From NCBI GenBank assembly GCA_001761425.1, contig CP012986.1, forward strand, positions 240,001 through 272,000: 32,000 nucleotides of DNA. Direction: 5' to 3'. The stretch is from Candidatus Saccharimonadota bacterium. Its GTDB lineage: Archaea > Nanohalarchaeota > Nanosalinia > Nanosalinales > Nanosalinaceae. Positions 1 through 8,486 of this stretch are shown in pieces. Within the stretch, counting starts at the first letter, position 1; the number at the start of each line of letters is the position of its first letter. The position numbers were made by a program, and so were the translations under genes. Below the pieces are notes generated by a model. The model was not told where the DNA came from. It did not search any database and saw only the letters and a program-made list of their open reading frames with translations.

Positions 1-209
1 TGAAAGCTCTCGGTAGAAACTATGCCGGCATCACGGAGATAAGCCACTTCGTTCGAGATATCTTCATCCAGCTCTGCCTTGATCTCCCTCAGTTCGAGAC
101 GGGGAGACCTGTCACTGTCCCGAAACTTGATCAACTCTTTTTGATCTCCTAGAGCAGCTACAACAGCACTCAAAGCACCGGTACGCAACTTTTTTTCACG
201 TTTCTCCAT
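1..209 (-). CDS. hypothetical protein, N-terminal ~69 codons only (continues past window start); possibly a small winged-helix-like DNA-binding protein
   Basis: The ATG at 209-207 directly follows the leuS stop (TAG, 212-210). The frame stays open to position 1 (MEKREKKLRTGALSAVVAALGDQKELIKFRDSDRSPRLELREIKAELDEDISNEVAYLRDAGIV...). I can name no diagnostic family motif. Confidence 0.4.
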   Translation of the reverse strand, partial: MEKREKKLRTGALSAVVAALGDQKELIKFRDSDRSPRLELREIKAELDEDISNEVAYLRDAGIVSTESF

Positions 210-2990
210 CTATTTGACCACTATCGCAGGCCTGCCAGGCTGAGCACGAGAGGCCTTATCCTCATCCGAGCTCTCCTCGCTTTCGACAGCGACTTCAACA
301 TCGAACTCATCCTCGAACCGTTCCTGGTTTAATTCGAGAGCCTCTTCCTCCAGGTCAAGGCCTGTGAAGTCTCTCCTGTAACTTCCAGGGTTTTCAACCG
401 CGTTGACAACTTCGTCATTGATTTGCTGTGCGTACTCCTGGAGATCCCCGTCAAGAACTTTATCCATGACTTCTCCTACATCTTTCGTACCCTGAATCGC
501 TTTAAGAATTTTCTCACCGGCTTTGTACTTCCAGTCTGAGGCCTTGATGATCTTCACCTTCTCAGGTTCTCCCTCGATCATGGCAACGATCTCACGGATG
601 TCAGAGGAGACACGGTCGAAGTAGGCGTCGATCTCTTCGGCTTCTTCATCGATAAGATCTTCATCGACTTCAGGCCAGTCTTCTTCGAGCATGAAGGCCT
701 CGTTGCCGATTCTATCCCAGAGCTCCTCGGTGATGTGAGGTGCATAGGGACTGAGAAGCTTCAGGAGTGTATTGATGCCGTGTGACAGGACTTTGTCTTT
801 TCCTCCCTGCTGTTCGTACCAGTAGAGCTTACTTAACAGGCGGTCGACTTCGTCGATAGCAAGATTGAAGTCATAATTCTCTGTATCTTTCGTGACTTTC
901 TCGATGGCTCTCTGAATCCTGGAGGCCATGATACGGTCGAAGAGTTCTGCATCCTCTAGAGAAGGCCTCTCATCTGTTAAGGCCTCTTCGTTTTCCTTTA
1001 CTATTCTTTCGACTCTCTCAAGCATTTCTTCGGCAGCTTCTACTCCTTCTTCGCTCCAGTCCAGTTCATTTGTAGGGCCTGAAGCTCTGAGGATGAAAAC
1101 TCTTGCCGTATCTGCTCCATGCTCCTCTACAAGCTCGGTTGGATCTACGACGTTGTGTTTGGACTTGGACATCTTCCTGACGTCGACTTCGACTTCTCTA
1201 CCGCATTTTTCACATATGTTTTCCTGTTCGACTTCTTCAGGGAAGATCCATCCGTGTTCAGGACAGTTGTACGCTGGATGGTTCACCATTCCGAGTGTCA
1301 GAAGTCTTTCGAACGGTTCGTCTTCTCCAAGCATGTCTTTGTCTCTGAGGAACTTTGTGAAAAAGCGTGCGTACAGTAGATGCATGACTGCATGTTCTAT
1401 GCCTCCGATGTACTGGTCGACGTTCATCCAGGAATTTGCGTCTTCGATATCGAACGGAGCTGTCTCAAGCTCTGGTGAGATGTATCTGAGGAAGTACCAG
1501 GAGCTTCCGATGAACGTATCCATGGTATCTGTCTCTTTTCTTGCGTCTCCGCCACATTCAGGGCATTCGACCTCCTTCCAGCTCTCGGACGTCTCAATAG
1601 GATTACCTGTCTCAGTAAACTCCACATCATCGGGAAGTTCGACAGGCAGATCTTCTTCAGGTACTTTGACTGTTCCACATTCATCGCAGTGGATCATAGG
1701 GATCGGCGTCCCCCAGTACCTCTGACGGGAGATCAGCCAGTCACGCAGCTGATAGTTCACATCGGCCTCTCCAAGGCCTTCATCATCTAGTTCTTCGATC
1801 ATCTTTTCGATAGCGTCCTCCTTTTTCAGGCCGTTTAACTCTCCAGAATTGATGTGTTTACCGTCGCCCTCGTATGCACCTTCCTCTTCATAGGAATGAT
1901 CTCCTGAAGGCCTAACTACTTCCTGAACTTCAATATCATGTTCCTGGGCGAACTCGAAGTCCCTCTGATCGTGAGCCGGGACCGCCATGATCGCTCCGGT
2001 ACCGTAATCAGTGAGTACGAACTCGGCAACGTAGATAGGGATCTTTTCTCCTGTAATAGGGTTTTCCGCGTATCTTCCTGTAAACACTCCTGCCTTTGAC
2101 TTTTCCTCACGGTCCTCAGTATCCCTCTTCAAGGCCTCTTCACGGTATTCTGCGACCTTGTCGTCTTCTTCAGCGATTTCTTCCGTTAATTCGTGTTCTG
2201 GCGCGAGAGCCATGAATGTTGCACCGTAGATCGTGTCAGGCCTTGTCGTGAATACCTCAAGGCTTCTATCTGATTCCTGTACCGGAAACTCGATCTTTGC
2301 CCCTGTGCTTTTGCCTATCCAGTTTTCCTGCATGTCTCGAACTTTGTCAGGCCATCCTTCAAGTTGCTCAAGATCTTCGAGAAGTTCATCTGCGTAATCT
2401 GTAATCTTGAGAAACCACTGTTCCATATCTTTCTGCTCTACAACGGAGTCACATCTCCAGCAGAGGCCTTCCTCTACCTGTTCGTCTGCTAGTACTGTTT
2501 CACAGCTTGGACACCAGTTAACTTTGGATTCTCCTCTGTATGCGAGCCCTTCGTCCAGCATCTGCTGGAAAATCCACTGGTTCCATTTGTAGTATTCAGG
2601 GTCGCAGGTCGCAACTTCGCGGTCCCAGTCGTATGAGAAGCCCAGTCTTTTGAGTTGGCCTCTCATGTTGTCTATACAGTCCCGTGTCCATTCCTCTGGA
2701 TCGACGTCTCGATCGATCGCTGCGTTTTCAGCTGGTAGCCCGAACGCGTCCCAACCCATAGGATGCATGACGTCGTAGCCCTGCATCCGTTTCATCCTCG
2801 CGGGTGCGTCGCCCAGGGAGAAGTTACGGACGTGTCCCATGTGCAGGTTGCCGGAAGGGTACGGAAACATCTCCAGTACGTAGTATTTCTCCGCGTCAGT
2901 TCTTTCCGTCGTGTGAACTTCTGCGTTTTCCCATTTTTCCTGCCATTTCTTCTCTATACTCGTAAGTCGGTCCGCAAATTCTCCGGTCAT
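210..2990 (-). CDS. leuS: leucyl-tRNA synthetase (class Ia aaRS, archaeal type)
   Basis: 926-aa ORF with the HIGH-type motif (PYPSGNLHMGHVRN), the KMSKS motif (RKMSKSKHN), Cys-rich zinc knuckles (CPSCETV...CWRCDS; CDECG...CPECG) and a CP1 editing region. Overall length and layout are typical of LeuRS. Confidence 0.95.
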   Translation of the reverse strand: MTGEFADRLTSIEKKWQEKWENAEVHTTERTDAEKYYVLEMFPYPSGNLHMGHVRNFSLGDAPARMKRMQGYDVMHPMGWDAFGLPAENAAIDRDVDPEEWTRDCIDNMRGQLKRLGFSYDWDREVATCDPEYYKWNQWIFQQMLDEGLAYRGESKVNWCPSCETVLADEQVEEGLCWRCDSVVEQKDMEQWFLKITDYADELLEDLEQLEGWPDKVRDMQENWIGKSTGAKIEFPVQESDRSLEVFTTRPDTIYGATFMALAPEHELTEEIAEEDDKVAEYREEALKRDTEDREEKSKAGVFTGRYAENPITGEKIPIYVAEFVLTDYGTGAIMAVPAHDQRDFEFAQEHDIEVQEVVRPSGDHSYEEEGAYEGDGKHINSGELNGLKKEDAIEKMIEELDDEGLGEADVNYQLRDWLISRQRYWGTPIPMIHCDECGTVKVPEEDLPVELPDDVEFTETGNPIETSESWKEVECPECGGDARKETDTMDTFIGSSWYFLRYISPELETAPFDIEDANSWMNVDQYIGGIEHAVMHLLYARFFTKFLRDKDMLGEDEPFERLLTLGMVNHPAYNCPEHGWIFPEEVEQENICEKCGREVEVDVRKMSKSKHNVVDPTELVEEHGADTARVFILRASGPTNELDWSEEGVEAAEEMLERVERIVKENEEALTDERPSLEDAELFDRIMASRIQRAIEKVTKDTENYDFNLAIDEVDRLLSKLYWYEQQGGKDKVLSHGINTLLKLLSPYAPHITEELWDRIGNEAFMLEEDWPEVDEDLIDEEAEEIDAYFDRVSSDIREIVAMIEGEPEKVKIIKASDWKYKAGEKILKAIQGTKDVGEVMDKVLDGDLQEYAQQINDEVVNAVENPGSYRRDFTGLDLEEEALELNQERFEDEFDVEVAVESEESSDEDKASRAQPGRPAIVVK

Positions 2991-3010
2991 AAAGCTCCTA
3001 TCGAATCCAA

Positions 3011-3020
3011 CTTATATCAA
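3011..3020 (-). promoter_or_regulatory. TATA-like box for leuS (TTGATATAAG on the minus strand)
   Basis: A/T-rich box centred about 26 nt upstream of the leuS ATG (2990), consistent with a leaderless transcript. Confidence 0.45.
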
Positions 3021-3061
3021 ATTAAGTTAGTGAAAGTGGAGAAGGTTGTTCCTCACTACTA

Positions 3062-3069
3062 ATTTAAAG
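3062..3069 (+). promoter_or_regulatory. TATA-like box (ATTTAAAG) for the first MinD/ParA gene
   Basis: Centred about 29 nt upstream of the ATG at 3095. It lies in the 104-nt region shared with the divergently transcribed leuS. Confidence 0.45.
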
Positions 3070-3094
3070 GCTGAACCGCAACACTCATTATACA

Positions 3095-3862
3095 ATGACC
3101 AGGCTGATCTGTGTGAGCAGTGGGAAGGGAGGAGTAGGAAAAACGACTACTACAGCCAACATCGGAGCTGCTTTAAGCCAGTTCGGTGCTGATACAGTAG
3201 TCCTAGACGCAAACCTCACCAACCCGAACCTTGGGTTCCACATAGGAATCCCGCTGTACCCGAAGACCCTTCACGACGTCCTGAAGGGCGACGCTCACAT
3301 AACAGAGGCCATGTACATCCATGACTCCGGTTTAAGAGTTGTACCGGCAGGCCTTTCAGTAGAGGATCTGAGAGATACTTCCCCGGATAACCTGGCGGAT
3401 GTACTCCTTGATACTGTCGGAGAACCTGATTTTGTACTTGTTGATTCAGCAGCAGGCCTTGGAAATGAATCTATCAATGCAATTGAGGCCTCGGATGAAT
3501 TACTTGTAGTAACTAATCCGAATCTTCCTGCGGTGACAGACGCACTGAAGACGGTTAATGTCGCTGAGGAGGCAGGGACGAAGATAATGGGTGTTGTTCT
3601 CAACATGGTTAAAGGCCATGATTCAGAGCTTGATACGTCTGAAGTCGAGTCCATGATCGGTTACGAGGTTGTCGCGGAGATCCCTCACCATGAGAAGGTT
3701 GAGGAAGCACTGTCGATGAAGAAGCCTGTTGTCCACCATGAGCCGGATCATCATGTCTCGGAGCGTTTCAAGGGTGCTGCAGCAGATATGGCGGGTTTCG
3801 AGTATGAACCAGATCTAACTGAGCCAGGCCTTTTTGAACAGCTTCTAGGCAGGTTCAGGTAA
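3095..3862 (+). CDS. MinD/ParA-family P-loop ATPase (archaeal MinD-like), copy 1
   Basis: Deviant Walker A motif SSGKGGVGKTTTTANIG, Walker B-like motif FVLVDSAAG, about 255 aa. This matches the typical MinD/ParA/Mrp architecture. Confidence 0.85.
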   Translation: MTRLICVSSGKGGVGKTTTTANIGAALSQFGADTVVLDANLTNPNLGFHIGIPLYPKTLHDVLKGDAHITEAMYIHDSGLRVVPAGLSVEDLRDTSPDNLADVLLDTVGEPDFVLVDSAAGLGNESINAIEASDELLVVTNPNLPAVTDALKTVNVAEEAGTKIMGVVLNMVKGHDSELDTSEVESMIGYEVVAEIPHHEKVEEALSMKKPVVHHEPDHHVSERFKGAAADMAGFEYEPDLTEPGLFEQLLGRFR

Positions 3863-3878
3863 TTTAATTTTATTTTCT
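3863..3878 (+). terminator. oligo-T tract after MinD copy 1 (TTTAATTTTATTTTCT)
   Basis: T-rich run immediately after the TAA stop (3860-3862). Archaeal intrinsic termination uses oligo-T tracts. Confidence 0.4.
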
Positions 3879-3900
3879 CCCCATTTTCTACCCGGAAGGT

Positions 3901-3908
3901 TTTTTATT
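3901..3908 (+). promoter_or_regulatory. TATA-like box (TTTTTATT) for MinD copy 2
   Basis: Centred about 27 nt upstream of the ATG at 3931. Confidence 0.45.
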
Positions 3909-3930
3909 GTCCGTTTCAAAGCTTTAGGTG

Positions 3931-4692
3931 ATGACACGCGTTATCTCTGTGATATCTGGGAAAGGCGGAGTTGGAAAGACTACTGTAACATCTAACATCG
4001 GAGTAAGCCTTTCCCAGCAGGGAGAGGACGTACTAATAATCGACGGGAACTTCTCAGGAGCGAACGTCGCACAGCACTTCGGACTCGGATTCAATGACGT
4101 ATCACTTAACCACGTCCTCGAAGGAGAGGCCTATATCACACAGGCCGTCGCAAAACATCCTGCAGGCGTGTCAGTACTCCCCGCATCCATACTGGAGTTC
4201 AATGCGGATGCAGAGAACCTTAAACACTCTTTGGTAGACTTTCTAGGCGAGAAAGATTTTGTCCTGATCGATGCAGCTGCAGGAGTTGGAGAAGAAGTCG
4301 AAGCAGCTATTGAGGCCTCAGATGAAGTGCTTCTGGTCTCGAAGCCGGAGCTTCCAGCCCTTACAAATACACTCGGTGCGAAGAAGCTTGCTGAACAGCT
4401 TGAAAGAGATGTTGTAGGCCTTGTGCTGAATCAGGTCAGAGGCGAAAAATCCGAGGTTGAGGAGGAGGACGTCCTGGATCTTGTCGGAGAGGAAATCATA
4501 GGCCGGGTGCCTGACCACGAACATGTCAGAGAAGGTATCGCCCTGAGAGAGCCTGTAGCTTCTTACAAGCCAAATTCAAGGGCCTCGAAGGCTATTGAGG
4601 ATGTAGCATTCAGGGTCAAAGGCGAGGAAGTGCCTGATAGAGGCCTTCAGGAGAAAATTGTAATGCATTTCAACGAGTTTAACCCTCTGTAG
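3931..4692 (+). CDS. MinD/ParA-family P-loop ATPase, copy 2 (tandem paralog)
   Basis: Carries ISGKGGVGKTTVTSNIG and FVLIDAAAG and is collinear with copy 1. The ORF track starts at GTG 3928. I prefer ATG 3931 because of the TATA spacing. Confidence 0.85.
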   Translation: MTRVISVISGKGGVGKTTVTSNIGVSLSQQGEDVLIIDGNFSGANVAQHFGLGFNDVSLNHVLEGEAYITQAVAKHPAGVSVLPASILEFNADAENLKHSLVDFLGEKDFVLIDAAAGVGEEVEAAIEASDEVLLVSKPELPALTNTLGAKKLAEQLERDVVGLVLNQVRGEKSEVEEEDVLDLVGEEIIGRVPDHEHVREGIALREPVASYKPNSRASKAIEDVAFRVKGEEVPDRGLQEKIVMHFNEFNPL

Positions 4693-4700
4693 ATCGGGTA

Positions 4701-4709
4701 AAGTATAAA
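4701..4709 (+). promoter_or_regulatory. TATA-like box (AAGTATAAA) for the HIT-PGM transcription unit
   Basis: Centred about 29 nt upstream of the ATG at 4734. Confidence 0.45.
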
Positions 4710-4733
4710 CTCGGCTGTTCTTAATTAGTTTAT

Positions 4734-5261
4734 ATGACCGATTTGAAGCCTTACGAGCAGTATCTCTGGAGTCCGAAGAGAGAGGATTACGAAAATACTG
4801 GTGTGCCGGAAGATATTGACTGTGTTTTCTGCGCCCAGGTAGACGGAGATGAACGTGTTACAAAAGCAGCTATCTTCGAGGACGAGTTCCTGATGGTCGA
4901 GTTAAACATCTTCCCGTACAACACTGGACACCTCATGGTAGTGCCGAAGAGACATGTGAACGATCTTACAGACCTGGAGGAAAATGAAAGAAACAGGCTT
5001 TTTGCCATGGTCCAGAAAGTCGAAAAACTGCAGAAAAAAGTGGTAGAACCAGCAGGCATCGACATAGGAATGAACATAGGCAAAGCCGCAGGCGAATCCA
5101 TCCCACACCTTCACGTACAGCTCGTACCGATATATGAAAAAGACAGAGGCTTCATGGAAACCACTCTGGATACCAAAGTCATGAAAAAATCCATAGAAGA
5201 CATGGAAAGAGAATACGAACAAGAAACAGAGATACTCGAAAACTACTGGGACAAGGCCTAG
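4734..5261 (+). CDS. HIT-superfamily nucleotide-binding protein with an H-x-H-x-Q variant triad (transferase/phosphorylase-like branch)
   Basis: N-terminal C-x-x-C (DCVFCAQ), FPYNTGHLMVVPKRH, and the triad region IPHLHVQLVP. I verified the triad codons myself: cac ctt cac gta cag at 5106-5120. Confidence 0.8.
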   Translation: MTDLKPYEQYLWSPKREDYENTGVPEDIDCVFCAQVDGDERVTKAAIFEDEFLMVELNIFPYNTGHLMVVPKRHVNDLTDLEENERNRLFAMVQKVEKLQKKVVEPAGIDIGMNIGKAAGESIPHLHVQLVPIYEKDRGFMETTLDTKVMKKSIEDMEREYEQETEILENYWDKA

Positions 5262-5266
5262 AAAAA

Positions 5267-6598
5267 ATGACATCTTTCTTCCACAGCTACGACCTGAGAG
5301 GCCTCTATCCCGATGAGATATCGGAAAAAGAAGCAGAAAAAGTAGGAAAGGCATATGGAACATTCACAGATGCAGAAAAAGTTCTTGTCGGCAGAGACGG
5401 TAGAAAGCACGGAGAAAAAGTTTCAAAGGCCTTTATTGATGGGTTAAAGTCGACAGGAACAGATCTTGAGTTCGCAGGGGTTGTTCCTACGCCTGTAATT
5501 TATTTTGGCCAGGTAGATAACGGCTTTGGGTCCTCGGCGATAATTACTGCATCTCATAACCCGCCTGAATACACAGGCTTCAAGTTCTGCCTTGAAAATG
5601 CTCTTGCTATGTCCCGGGAAGGTGGAATGGCCGAGATAGAAGAAATTTATGAATCAGAGGCCTTTGAACAGGGAAAAGGCTTTGAAGGGGAGGAAGAACT
5701 TACTGAAGACTATGTAGAGGCTGTCAGGGAAAAGGTTGGAGGCCTTGATCTCAGCGTAGTTATAAACTGTGGTAACGGTGTTACCGGTGTTATGGCCCGT
5801 GAGATGTTCGAGGAGCTGGGTTGTGAGGTTGATATGGTCAATGAGGAGGTGAACGGTGATTTTCCGAACCATCTTCCCGCTCCGGGAAATGAGGAGGCTC
5901 AGAAACAGCTTGAGGAGTCTATGGGTGATGAAGATCTTGGTATAATCTTTGATGGGGATGGAGACAGAGCTGGGTTTGTCCTGCGGGGCTATGGTTACGT
6001 AGAGGAGGATAAGGTTATTGCTCTGTTGGCGGAAGAATCTCTCAAGGGTGAGAAAGGCGTCGTTGTCCACGATCTACGTGCATCCAAGCTTGTACCGGAA
6101 AAAGTCGAGGAACATGGAGGTGAGTCCGAGGAAAGCCGTGTAGGTCATACTTTCATCTCTGAGAGGATCCATGAAGGTGATGAAGTCGTTTTTGCCGGTG
6201 AACTATCTGGCCATTACTATTTCCCGGCTTTTGATTTTCCATGGGATGATGGGCTTTTTGCAGCAGCTCTAATGACCAAGATGGCATCCGAAGAAGATCT
6301 AGAACAGAAGATAGAGGCCTTTCCGGAGTATCCTGTCTCACCGGAGTTAAGAATTGACTGTCCGGAGGATGCGAAGGAAAAAGTGGTGGAGAAATTTGCG
6401 GAGGCCTACTCAGATCACGAGATTTCTACGAAAGATGGTGTAAAAGTCAGTTTCGACTCTGGCTGGGCTCTGGTGAGGCCTTCAAGTACTGAGCCGAAGA
6501 TGAGCGTCCGCTGTGAAGCTGATACGGACCAGGTTCTGGATGAGATCCTTGATGAGGTTGAGGGAAAGGTCAGAAGTCTTATCAAGGATTTTTCATGA
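5267..6598 (+). CDS. phosphoglucomutase/phosphomannomutase (alpha-D-phosphohexomutase superfamily)
   Basis: All four signature loops are present: TASHNPPEYTG (phosphoserine), FDGDGDR (Mg2+), GELSGH (sugar) and RPSSTEPK (phosphate). The gene starts 5 nt after the HIT stop. Confidence 0.93.
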   Translation: MTSFFHSYDLRGLYPDEISEKEAEKVGKAYGTFTDAEKVLVGRDGRKHGEKVSKAFIDGLKSTGTDLEFAGVVPTPVIYFGQVDNGFGSSAIITASHNPPEYTGFKFCLENALAMSREGGMAEIEEIYESEAFEQGKGFEGEEELTEDYVEAVREKVGGLDLSVVINCGNGVTGVMAREMFEELGCEVDMVNEEVNGDFPNHLPAPGNEEAQKQLEESMGDEDLGIIFDGDGDRAGFVLRGYGYVEEDKVIALLAEESLKGEKGVVVHDLRASKLVPEKVEEHGGESEESRVGHTFISERIHEGDEVVFAGELSGHYYFPAFDFPWDDGLFAAALMTKMASEEDLEQKIEAFPEYPVSPELRIDCPEDAKEKVVEKFAEAYSDHEISTKDGVKVSFDSGWALVRPSSTEPKMSVRCEADTDQVLDEILDEVEGKVRSLIKDFS

Positions 6599-7856
6599 CT
6601 TCGCCGACAAAAGTGCCTGAGGAGATTATATCTCCAAGGCCGACCACTCTTTTCGGGTCTTCATGGATGATTGTTGGAATGGCTGCTACACGGTAATCCT
6701 CTACTTTTCCTGTGCCTTCTCTGGCAAAATCATCTATCTCGAAGAAATTTCCGAAGTCTTCAAGCATATCAAGCCTCTTGATGTGCTTATCATCCATCTC
6801 AAGGTCTTTAAAGTCGTTTCTACTGGCTATACCTCCTTTGTCTGCTGACTTGATGGCGGAGATCTCTCCGAAAAGCATCGCATCACGTATCTTTTCGGTT
6901 TCAACAGGATAGTCATCTTCTACAACTGTGAGATGGAAGTTGTAGGTATGGATCTGACATCGGGACAGTCCATGGCTTTCGATAAGATCTTTCGCCAGTT
7001 CAAAGGCCTCTCCCGCAGTTATCTCCTCTTCAAATTCTTCAGAGTTCAGGATCTTGTTTACCTGCTTAACCTCTTCCTCATCAAGGCCTATACTGTCTAA
7101 CTTGGGCATTATCTTTTTGATTATCTTTTCAGCTCTTTCTCTGTCTGTGTTAACGTATTCCATATGGATAGGGGTCTCTATCTGATCCAGCTGTTTCCTG
7201 GCTTTCTCCAGTTTGGCTTCTTTGTTTCCCTCGATATCATGGAAGCCGGATAGGAGAACTCTGTCCAGGTTTTCATCCATCTCCTCGAATTCATCGACTA
7301 TGCTCTTTCTGAAGTAAGGTCCAAAGCCTTTGATGGAGTCTGAGGCGATCACACGTCCTGTCTTGTCCGAATCAAACTCGAAGATCATGTTTTTCTTGGT
7401 CCTGTCCGTATTCGAAGCGTCACGGACGTTTTTCAGGATAAACTCGTCCTCAACGGTGGGGAAAAGAACATTGACGTTGATAAGATCCGCTAACTCCTGA
7501 GAAAGGAAAGGTGTGTAGAAAATAACAGAGTTGCCGATACCGGAAAGATAGTTAGCCATTATCCCTGCCTGGCCTCCAACAGTTTCCTCCCCTCCTGAGA
7601 ACGAATAATCCGGGTTCTCCAGGGAGGCCTCTTCGTTCAAACTGTTTTCGCTAGCGTATTTAAGCAAGGCCTTAAGCTCGTTTATATTGGATATGGTGTC
7701 CAGGTTTTCAGCTTCCGTATCCTCAAGATCTAACTCCAGGTCCTCAAGATCGTAGAGCACATCAATGTTAGCATTGAAACCTGTCAGAACATCGACATTG
7801 TCCGTCTCAGGTACTCTGCAGTGATCCCGGTACCGCTGAATCCAGATATCTTTCAT
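6582..7856 (-). CDS. ADP-dependent phosphofructokinase/glucokinase family (ribokinase-like ADP-PFK/GK)
   Basis: N-terminal GFNANIDVL motif and C-terminal VVGLGDIISSG (catalytic GxGD), about 424 aa. The 3' end overlaps the convergent PGM gene by 17 nt. The start forms an ATGA overlap with the TPI stop. Confidence 0.8.
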   Translation of the reverse strand: MKDIWIQRYRDHCRVPETDNVDVLTGFNANIDVLYDLEDLELDLEDTEAENLDTISNINELKALLKYASENSLNEEASLENPDYSFSGGEETVGGQAGIMANYLSGIGNSVIFYTPFLSQELADLINVNVLFPTVEDEFILKNVRDASNTDRTKKNMIFEFDSDKTGRVIASDSIKGFGPYFRKSIVDEFEEMDENLDRVLLSGFHDIEGNKEAKLEKARKQLDQIETPIHMEYVNTDRERAEKIIKKIMPKLDSIGLDEEEVKQVNKILNSEEFEEEITAGEAFELAKDLIESHGLSRCQIHTYNFHLTVVEDDYPVETEKIRDAMLFGEISAIKSADKGGIASRNDFKDLEMDDKHIKRLDMLEDFGNFFEIDDFAREGTGKVEDYRVAAIPTIIHEDPKRVVGLGDIISSGTFVGEVMKNP

Positions 7857-8485
7857 AGGCCTTCACACAGTTCTTTAACTTCTGCGTATTTATCATTAGC
7901 TTTTACCACTCCCGAAGCAACAAGAACGCCTTCACACCCCAGTTCGATACTTTTCTCCACATCCTTCTTCGATTTAATTCCTGCCCCTGTCAGGACATCG
8001 GCTTCAGTCCTCTCAACCGCCTCCTGTATAAGGCCTGGTTTCGCCTCAGAGACCGGGTTATCTCCGCCGATAAGCTCAGGTGGCTCAAAAGCAATATAAT
8101 CTGGGTCAAAACGCGAGTACTTCTCGCAATCGTCTGGACTCTGAGCACAGACGATTGTCTCAAGACCCAGGCTTTTCGCAGCGTTGACAGAGGCCTCAAT
8201 ATCTCTATCCTGGAGACGCCTCTCAGAATGGTTTATCAGCGTTCCAGTAGCTCCGGCTTCTTTAAGACCTCTTGCCAGGACTGAACCGGTATGGCTTCCA
8301 GGATTAACTCCATCAACGTGCTGTGCAAAAACCTCCACATCTTCAGCACGTAAAAGATCCTCAGGCTGGGGAGCGACCACAACACGCTTACCTGTAACCT
8401 CAGAGGCCCTGCGACAGGCCTCCATAACATCCTCGGATTTTTCTCCAACCGCGTTACTGTAGGCCTTCAAGTTTACGATAATCAT
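7853..8485 (-). CDS. tpiA: triosephosphate isomerase (short archaeal type)
   Basis: MIIVNLKAY..., LINHSERR and YIAFEPPELIG motifs, about 210 aa. The ORF track begins at GTG 8497. ATG 8485 gives the canonical N-terminus and sits 1 nt after the debranching-enzyme stop. Confidence 0.9.
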   Translation of the reverse strand: MIIVNLKAYSNAVGEKSEDVMEACRRASEVTGKRVVVAPQPEDLLRAEDVEVFAQHVDGVNPGSHTGSVLARGLKEAGATGTLINHSERRLQDRDIEASVNAAKSLGLETIVCAQSPDDCEKYSRFDPDYIAFEPPELIGGDNPVSEAKPGLIQEAVERTEADVLTGAGIKSKKDVEKSIELGCEGVLVASGVVKANDKYAEVKELCEGL

Positions 8486-8486
8486 A

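Noticed and set aside
928-1725. Long antisense ORFs inside well-supported genes: 928-1725(+), 3295-3654(-), 4902-5363(-), 5654-6070(-), 16380-17093(+), 25068-25616(-), 29003-29440(+).
   Set aside because: Each lies entirely opposite a gene with strong family motifs. Their products are Ser/Leu/Phe/Cys-rich and low-complexity, which is the mirror image of GAx/GAA-rich acidic codons. That is unlike the acidic proteome. None has TATA or SD geometry.
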